Notes under the pieces: model-generated
What the model saw: the letters and a program-made list of their open reading frames with translations, nothing else
What the model was told of the DNA's origin: nothing
The model's database searches: none
Program-made: the position numbers and the translations under genes
Shown here: in pieces, positions 56,594 to 61,652 of the stretch
Position numbering within the stretch: position 1 is the first letter of the stretch
Layout: each line of letters starts with the position of its first letter
From: Limnochordia bacterium
Lineage (GTDB): Bacteria > Bacillota > Limnochordia > DTU080
Direction of reading: 5' to 3'
Assembly: GCA_050945315.1 (NCBI GenBank)
Contig: JBMNSS010000002.1
Location: 1-61,652 of the forward strand
Length of the DNA: 61,652 nucleotides

Positions 56594-57931
56594 TTACTGC
56601 GGAAAGGCCATGGTGAAGCGACTGCCATGCCCCAGCCTGCTCTCAACATGAACCTGACCGCCGTGTTGTTCAACGACATGGCGAACGATGGAAAGGCCGA
56701 GACCGGTTCCGCCCATGGCTCTCGAGCGTGCTTTGTCGACTCTGTAGAACCTCTCAAAGATGCGGGGCAAGTGTTTGGAAGGAATGCCCTGACCTGTGTC
56801 ACAGACGCTGATGGCGATCCGTCCGTCCTCGGTGTTTTTCCCCTCGATCCAGACCTGTCCGTCTTTTGAGGTGTACTTGATCGCATTATCGAGGAGGTTT
56901 AACAACGCTTGACGCAATAGGGAGGCATCAGCTTTGATTTGCAGTCCCGACGGCACTTGATTATCCAGTGTGACGCCCTTCTCTTGCGCCATAGGGGCCA
57001 CAAGCTCAAGAGCTTGCGTCACTTCCGCACGGACGTCCAAGACTTCCAGGGTTATGGCCGTATCGTCTGACTCCAGACGTGATAATTCCAGGAGGTCATC
57101 AACGAGATGCGCCAGCCGATCGGCTTCGCCCGAGAGGATGTTCAGAAAGCGGGCGCACACTTCAGGATCGTGCATCGCTCCGTCAAGCAGGGTTTCAAGG
57201 AAGCCCTTGATGGATGTGATGGGAGTGCGCAACTCATGGGAGACATTGGCCACAAATTCAGAACGGATTCTTTCCAATTGCCTTAGTTGCGTGACGTCAT
57301 GCAGCACGGCGACCGCTCCCGACAGCTTGCCCGAAGCGGTGCGAACGGGGGCCACTTCCGCCTGTAGGTGACGAGGCGGCACGTCGATGGTTTCAAATTC
57401 GTAAGTAGTAGGCTGTGCTCCGCCCAGGGCCTCCTGCATGGTACGCGCCAGTTGCCGGTGGCGGATCACTTCCAATACATTGCGACCTACTACCTCCTCG
57501 GCCTCAACATGAAAAAGGCGCTCGGCTCCGGGATTGATAAGCGCTATGCGCCCGGATGCACCCAGAGCTATAACCGCATCACGCATACTCGTGAAGACGG
57601 CGCGCAGGCGATCGCGATCGTGCTCCAGTTGTGTCAGACGCTGCTGGACGCGCTCTTGCATCTCTTGGATCGCGGCGGCCAAGCGCAACAGTTGGGGTCC
57701 CGGCAGTACGGACAGACTTGGCAGCTTGCCCTCGGGCCACTGCACTACAGCTTCTTCGAGTCTTTTTAGACCTTCTTTCGCTCCGGCGATGCGAAGATTC
57801 AGATGCCAGACGAGATATGCCGCTGCTCCGGCGGGGAGCAAAGCCCAGGCCCACCATCCAAGACCCAGTAACAGACCGGCAAGCGTCGCGGCTACGGCGA
57901 GGGCGCTGATCAGGCCAAGGTGTTCAGGCAT
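56594..57931 (-). CDS. phoR: PhoR-like sensor histidine kinase
   Basis: Two N-terminal TM helices, HAMP and PAS regions, the HisKA H-box FVANVSHELRTPITSI, and HATPase N/G boxes. Confidence 0.8.
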   Translation of the reverse strand: MPEHLGLISALAVAATLAGLLLGLGWWAWALLPAGAAAYLVWHLNLRIAGAKEGLKRLEEAVVQWPEGKLPSLSVLPGPQLLRLAAAIQEMQERVQQRLTQLEHDRDRLRAVFTSMRDAVIALGASGRIALINPGAERLFHVEAEEVVGRNVLEVIRHRQLARTMQEALGGAQPTTYEFETIDVPPRHLQAEVAPVRTASGKLSGAVAVLHDVTQLRQLERIRSEFVANVSHELRTPITSIKGFLETLLDGAMHDPEVCARFLNILSGEADRLAHLVDDLLELSRLESDDTAITLEVLDVRAEVTQALELVAPMAQEKGVTLDNQVPSGLQIKADASLLRQALLNLLDNAIKYTSKDGQVWIEGKNTEDGRIAISVCDTGQGIPSKHLPRIFERFYRVDKARSRAMGGTGLGLSIVRHVVEQHGGQVHVESRLGHGSRFTMAFPQ

Positions 57932-58619
57932 CTTGTCGGACCTGCTCTCTGAATCGGTATCCTATGCCATGCACGGTTTCGATGTAGCGCGGGTTCTGCG
58001 GGTCATCGTTGATTTTCTGTCTGAGACGCCGTATATGGACATCCAACGTGCGGGTTGCCCCGGCGAATGCATAGCCCCATACCTCTTCTAACAGAAGATC
58101 TCTTTCAAGGGCTTTGCCGGCGTTTTCAGCGAGCATCTTCAACAAATCAAATTCTTTGGGAGTCAGTTCGACAGGTTCTCCGGCGATGGTCACTTGGTGT
58201 CGCTCGCTGTCGATGACCAAATCCCCGGCAACCAGACGATCGTCTTCTTGCATCACGGGGGACCGGCGTAGCACGGCGCGCACCCGGGCCAGCAACTCCC
58301 TGGGACTAAAAGGTTTGACGACATAATCATCAGCGCCCAGATCAAGTCCGCGGATGCGGTCCTGCTCTTCGCCTCTGGCCGTCAACATTATGACCGGTAC
58401 GGCGCTTTGGGCCCGAATTCGTTTGCATACCTCATATCCGTCCGGCTCGGGAATCATCAGATCGAGAACTACCAGATCGGGCTTTTCTTTCATGAACATC
58501 TCCAGGGCACTCTTGCCGTCAGCCGCCGTAACAACCTCATAGCCGTCCTTTTTCAGATTAAAAGAGACCAGCTCCAAGATGGCCGGTTCGTCATCGACAA
58601 CCAGTATGCGCTGTTTCAC
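57924..58619 (-). CDS. phoP: OmpR/PhoB-family response regulator (PhoP-like)
   Basis: REC domain (ILVVDDEP...DLVVLDLMIPE) plus a winged helix (YIETVHGIGYRF). The GTG start follows GGAGGT, and the gene overlaps phoR by 8 nt. Confidence 0.85.
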   Translation of the reverse strand: MKQRILVVDDEPAILELVSFNLKKDGYEVVTAADGKSALEMFMKEKPDLVVLDLMIPEPDGYEVCKRIRAQSAVPVIMLTARGEEQDRIRGLDLGADDYVVKPFSPRELLARVRAVLRRSPVMQEDDRLVAGDLVIDSERHQVTIAGEPVELTPKEFDLLKMLAENAGKALERDLLLEEVWGYAFAGATRTLDVHIRRLRQKINDDPQNPRYIETVHGIGYRFREQVRQDA

Positions 58620-58826
58620 GACGATGCACCTCCGTTCTTAACAAGTTTTCTTCGTCGGGTTATCGAACGGACCCTTCTTCGGAGCAAGCTGACAATCATG
58701 CGACGGAATCTCTGTCTGTTTCTATGAGATGATATTACAAAAGGCCGACGGTACCGAGAGCAATGGACTCTTGTCACCGGACAGCTCAGTCGTTACACTG
58801 TGGACGGAGGGATCACACTGAGCGCT

Positions 58827-60170
58827 ATGGCAGAATCCAAACGAGCAGCCTTTATGACACTGGGGTGTAAGGTTAACGCCTATGAGACCCAAGCCGTGGC
58901 GGGCATGTTCCGCGAGCGCGGCTATCGGATAGTCGGCTTTGATGAAGAGGCCGATGTCTATGTGATCAACACCTGCAGTGTCACCGGTACCGGGGCGAAA
59001 AAATCGCGTCAGATGATCCGACGCGCTATCAGACGCAATCCGCAGGCCACTGTGGTCGCCATGGGGTGCCACACTCAGGAGGCAGCCGCCGAAGTGGCAA
59101 GCATTCCGGGGGTGGATGTGGTAGTCGGCACCGCCGGCAGACGACGGATTGTCGACTTGGTGGAAGATGTCATCGCTACCGGGCAACCGATTGACGCCGT
59201 GGTTAGAGTAGGCCGGAGCCGGGAGTATGAAGAGATACCGGCAACTCATGCGGAAGGTAAGACCCGCGCCGTGATCAAGGTCCAAGATGGCTGCGATGAG
59301 TTCTGCTCTTACTGTGTGATTCCGCGCCTTCGCGGGCGCAGTCGCAGTCGTCTTCTGAACCATGTGGTTGAGGAAGCGCAGGATCTGATAGTCGCCGGGT
59401 ACGGGGAGATCGTGCTGACCGGGGTCCATCTGGGAGCATACGGCGCGGATCTGGATCCTCCGCTGACTGTCGTCGATCTCGTGAAGGCTGTTGGGAACAT
59501 GCCCGGGTTGTTGCGTCTGCGGCTCAGTTCGCTTGATCCACATGAGATCAGCGACGCGCTGATCGAAGTGATAGCCGGCAATGCCCGCATATGCAGGCAT
59601 TTGCATATCCCTGCCCAAGCCGGTGATGATGGCATACTGCGAGCCATGAGGCGGCGAAATTCAGCTGCCGACTACTTCGAGTTGGTCGATCGTCTGCGCA
59701 GGGCACTGCCGGATTTGGCGATTACGACGGATATCATCGTCGGGTTTCCCGGAGAGACTGACACCCATTTCCAAGCGACCTACGATTTCTGCACCGCCAT
59801 CGGCTTCAGCAAGATCCATGTCTTTCCTTATTCGCGACGGCGGGGGACGCGGGCGGCGACGATGCCGGGGCATGTGGAAGTAGCTGTCAGGAAAGAGCGA
59901 GCTCAACGCTTGTTGGAGTTGAGCGACGCCTTGGCCTTGTCTTACCACAAATCGCTTGTCGGAAGACCGCTTGAGGTGCTTATCGAAGCTCCGTCAGACA
60001 AATATGCGGATTACATGCAAGGACTTACGGATACCTATGTACGGGTGCATATGCCGGCCGGTCAGATCGCCGAGCCCGGTGCCCTGGTGGAAGTGGTGGC
60101 GACGGAGGCTTTTTCTGACGGACTAAGGGCCGATGAGACGCCGATACTGAAGAAGCATGATATAAGTTGA
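58827..60170 (+). CDS. mtaB: tRNA (t6A37) methylthiotransferase MtaB
   Basis: The UPF0004 N-domain (TLGCKVNAYE) and the radical SAM motif CDEFCSYC are followed by a TRAM-like C-terminus. The track ORF begins at 58800. Confidence 0.9.
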   Translation: MAESKRAAFMTLGCKVNAYETQAVAGMFRERGYRIVGFDEEADVYVINTCSVTGTGAKKSRQMIRRAIRRNPQATVVAMGCHTQEAAAEVASIPGVDVVVGTAGRRRIVDLVEDVIATGQPIDAVVRVGRSREYEEIPATHAEGKTRAVIKVQDGCDEFCSYCVIPRLRGRSRSRLLNHVVEEAQDLIVAGYGEIVLTGVHLGAYGADLDPPLTVVDLVKAVGNMPGLLRLRLSSLDPHEISDALIEVIAGNARICRHLHIPAQAGDDGILRAMRRRNSAADYFELVDRLRRALPDLAITTDIIVGFPGETDTHFQATYDFCTAIGFSKIHVFPYSRRRGTRAATMPGHVEVAVRKERAQRLLELSDALALSYHKSLVGRPLEVLIEAPSDKYADYMQGLTDTYVRVHMPAGQIAEPGALVEVVATEAFSDGLRADETPILKKHDIS

Positions 60171-60287
60171 GGGAAAAACTTGCACCAGGCAGGAGGCTGC
60201 GCTTTTCCGGCGAAAGGAGAGTACGCGTATCACGAGGCCTGTGGCATGCCGCGGCATTCTCGCGACATGAGGAAGTGAGATCGAACG

Positions 60288-60638
60288 ATGGCAGAGCATG
60301 ATTGCATTTTTTGCCGTATAGCAAAGGGAGAAGTACCTGCTGACATTGTCCACGAAAACGAGCGGATTGTGGCTTTTCGAGACATCAATCCTCAAGCACC
60401 CGTGCACGTGGTAGTCATCCCTCGCAAGCATATAGCTTCGCTCGCGGCGAGTACTGCAGAAGATGTCGCCCTCTTGGGGGAAGTATTGAAGGCCGCCAAG
60501 GAAGTTGCGGAAAAGCTGGATATCCGGGCCACCGGCTATCGGGTGGTCAACAACTGCGGTCGTGATGCTCAGCAGAGTGTTCAACACATTCACTTTCATG
60601 TGTTGGGCGGTCGTCACTTAGGTTGGCCGCCGGGATGA
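60288..60638 (+). CDS. HIT family (histidine triad) nucleotide-binding protein
   Basis: CIFCRI N-terminus and the HIHFHVLGG triad motif. Confidence 0.9.
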   Translation: MAEHDCIFCRIAKGEVPADIVHENERIVAFRDINPQAPVHVVVIPRKHIASLAASTAEDVALLGEVLKAAKEVAEKLDIRATGYRVVNNCGRDAQQSVQHIHFHVLGGRHLGWPPG

Positions 60639-60743
60639 TTCGCAGTTGATCTATGGATGCCGGACGTATACGATGTTCATTGTAAGTCGTGAGATCCCAA
60701 AGGGCCGTGAACGCAAGAGTCGGGCGCGAAAGGAGGGATCGTA

Positions 60744-60938
60744 GTGGCAGAGATTCGTGTCGGTAAGAATGAATCCCTCGATCGCGCTTTGCGACGCTTC
60801 AAGCAGACTTGTCGCAGATCAGGAGTGCTGGCCGATGCTCGTAAGCACGAGGTTTATGACAAACCGAGCGTAAAAAGAAAGAAAAAGGCAGAAGCCGCGC
60901 GCAAACGTGCTAGGAGAAAAACTCGCAGAGATTCCTGA
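60744..60938 (+). CDS. rpsU: 30S ribosomal protein S21
   Basis: The 64-aa product begins [19 protein letters not shown] (after the GTG initiator) and has a basic C-terminus. Confidence 0.9.
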   Translation: MAEIRVGKNESLDRALRRFKQTCRRSGVLADARKHEVYDKPSVKRKKKAEAARKRARRKTRRDS

Positions 60939-60969
60939 CTGGCGAGTGCCGGGTAAGCGATGTGATGGC

Positions 60970-61005
60970 AGGCCACCCTTTTTCTGTACGGGTGGCCTTT
61001 CTGTC
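60970..61005 (+). terminator. intrinsic terminator after rpsU
   Basis: AGGCCACCC (60970-60978) pairs with GGGTGGCCT (60990-60998), followed by TTCTGTCT. Confidence 0.7.
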
Positions 61006-61018
61006 TAGGGACGGACAG

Positions 61019-61311
61019 TTGAGCGCTTGACTTGATCAATGTTTTCGACCATCCGTGGTCTGCGAGCATTGATCATGTACGACGACAGTCGTAAGCTCAA
61101 CCAGCCTCAGCCAGGACCTTACGTCATCGGGCTACGTTACGGACGAATGTATAGGCACTTCGGGATGCTTCCCCCAGTTCCGAACTCTGTGGTGAGTGAT
61201 CAAACAGCACGGATCAAGGCAACGGGCAGTGTCACTCACATTTGAAACCGTCCGATAACATTGGCGAGGGGACCCATTACCGCCCACATAGGTGAGTACG
61301 CCTTGAGTAGG
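61019..61311 (+). ncRNA. candidate IscB omega-RNA (HEARO-type) scaffold; boundaries approximate
   Basis: The region lies directly upstream of the iscB-type ORF and has no credible ORF. Nested helices: 61033-61041/61067-61075, 61047-61051/61056-61060, 61078-61083/61088-61093 and 61192-61199/61232-61239, with an alternative 61234-61239/61292-61297 pairing. The sequence is repeated elsewhere in the window. Confidence 0.5.
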
Positions 61312-61652
61312 GTGTTTGTCCTGGACACCAACAAGAAACCTTTACATCCAACACATCCGGCAAGGGCACGCATACTTTTGAAGAAGGGTAAGGCGGCTGT
61401 ATACCGCATGTACCCCTTTACAATCATCCTTAAGTATGCGGTAGACACTCAGGTTAAATCCCAACTGCGTCTAAAGATCGACCCCGGCAGCAGAACCACC
61501 GGAATGGCTGTAGTTGACGACAAGACGAAGAAAGTGATTCTCGCAGCTGAGCTTAATCACCGAGGTCACATCATAAAACAAAACCTGGACAAGAGACGTG
61601 CTATTCGTCGATCCAGACGTAACAGAAAGACACGTTACAGACAGGCCAGGTT
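61312..61652 (+). CDS. iscB: IscB/IsrB-type OMEGA RNA-guided nuclease, N-terminal 113 codons only (runs off the window)
   Basis: My own translation from GTG 61312 is MFVLDTNKKPLHPTHPARARILLKKGKAAVYRMYPFTIILKYAVDTQVKSQLRLKIDPGSRTTGMAVVDDKTKKVILAAELNHRGHIIKQNLDKRRAIRRSRRNRKTRYRQAR. This shows a PLMP-type N-domain, RuvC-I (IDPGS) and an Arg-rich bridge helix (RRxRR). It is not in the ORF track because there is no stop in the window. Confidence 0.8.
   Translation, partial: MFVLDTNKKPLHPTHPARARILLKKGKAAVYRMYPFTIILKYAVDTQVKSQLRLKIDPGSRTTGMAVVDDKTKKVILAAELNHRGHIIKQNLDKRRAIRRSRRNRKTRYRQAR

Noticed and set aside
58620-58826. Possible PhoP boxes (TTAACA-n5-TCTTCG-n5-TTATCG, about 58638-58665) in the phoP / mtaB divergent spacer
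   Set aside because: Only the first hexamer matches the TT(A/T/C)ACA consensus. The periodicity alone is not convincing.
61039-61448. Track ORFs 61039..61245(+) and 61236..61448(-) near the window end
   Set aside because: The first lies within the structured, repeated non-coding region upstream of iscB. The second is antisense to the clearly IscB-like frame starting at 61312.

Overview
This 61.6-kb chromosomal window comes from an endospore-forming, Bacillota-type bacterium with GC that looks moderately high by eye. From about 27.7 kb onward it follows the Bacillus-like backbone: comEA-comEC-holA, rpsT, gpr, spoIIP, lepA-hemW, hrcA-grpE-dnaK-dnaJ-prmA-rsmE, then mtaB and rpsU. Lineage-specific inserts interrupt this backbone. 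They are a PHP-type metallohydrolase pair, a membrane-anchored SBP-like protein with an L,D-transpeptidase, murJ, two metallophosphoesterases, and a phoP-phoR operon fused to a degenerate Pst-like module plus phoU. The left ~27 kb is an accessory carbohydrate and transport region. It holds TIM-barrel isomerases, a Gfo/Idh/MocA oxidoreductase, an esterase, a 1090-aa DUF4838-like secreted protein, an orphan SBP, a LuxR-type regulator, a tartrate-dehydrogenase-type enzyme, an LmbE deacetylase, a GldA/F/G-DUF4340 ABC operon, an MFS transporter, two GH88-like hydrolases and one GH13 hydrolase. There is one tRNA-Ala(GGC), and I saw no rRNA or CRISPR array. The main signal is not in the ORF track. 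The window ends with the 5' part of an IscB/IsrB-type (OMEGA) RNA-guided nuclease gene, preceded by a ~290-nt structured non-coding region that is a candidate omega-RNA. Diverged, collinear copies of that region occupy other unusually long intergenic spacers. One lies between the CIRCE operator and hrcA, one between grpE and dnaK (both also keep remnants of the first iscB codons), and one upstream of the gene at 24273. Weaker candidates lie at 408-810, 32005-32298 and 41660-41918. All homology claims come from alignment by eye and need computational confirmation.
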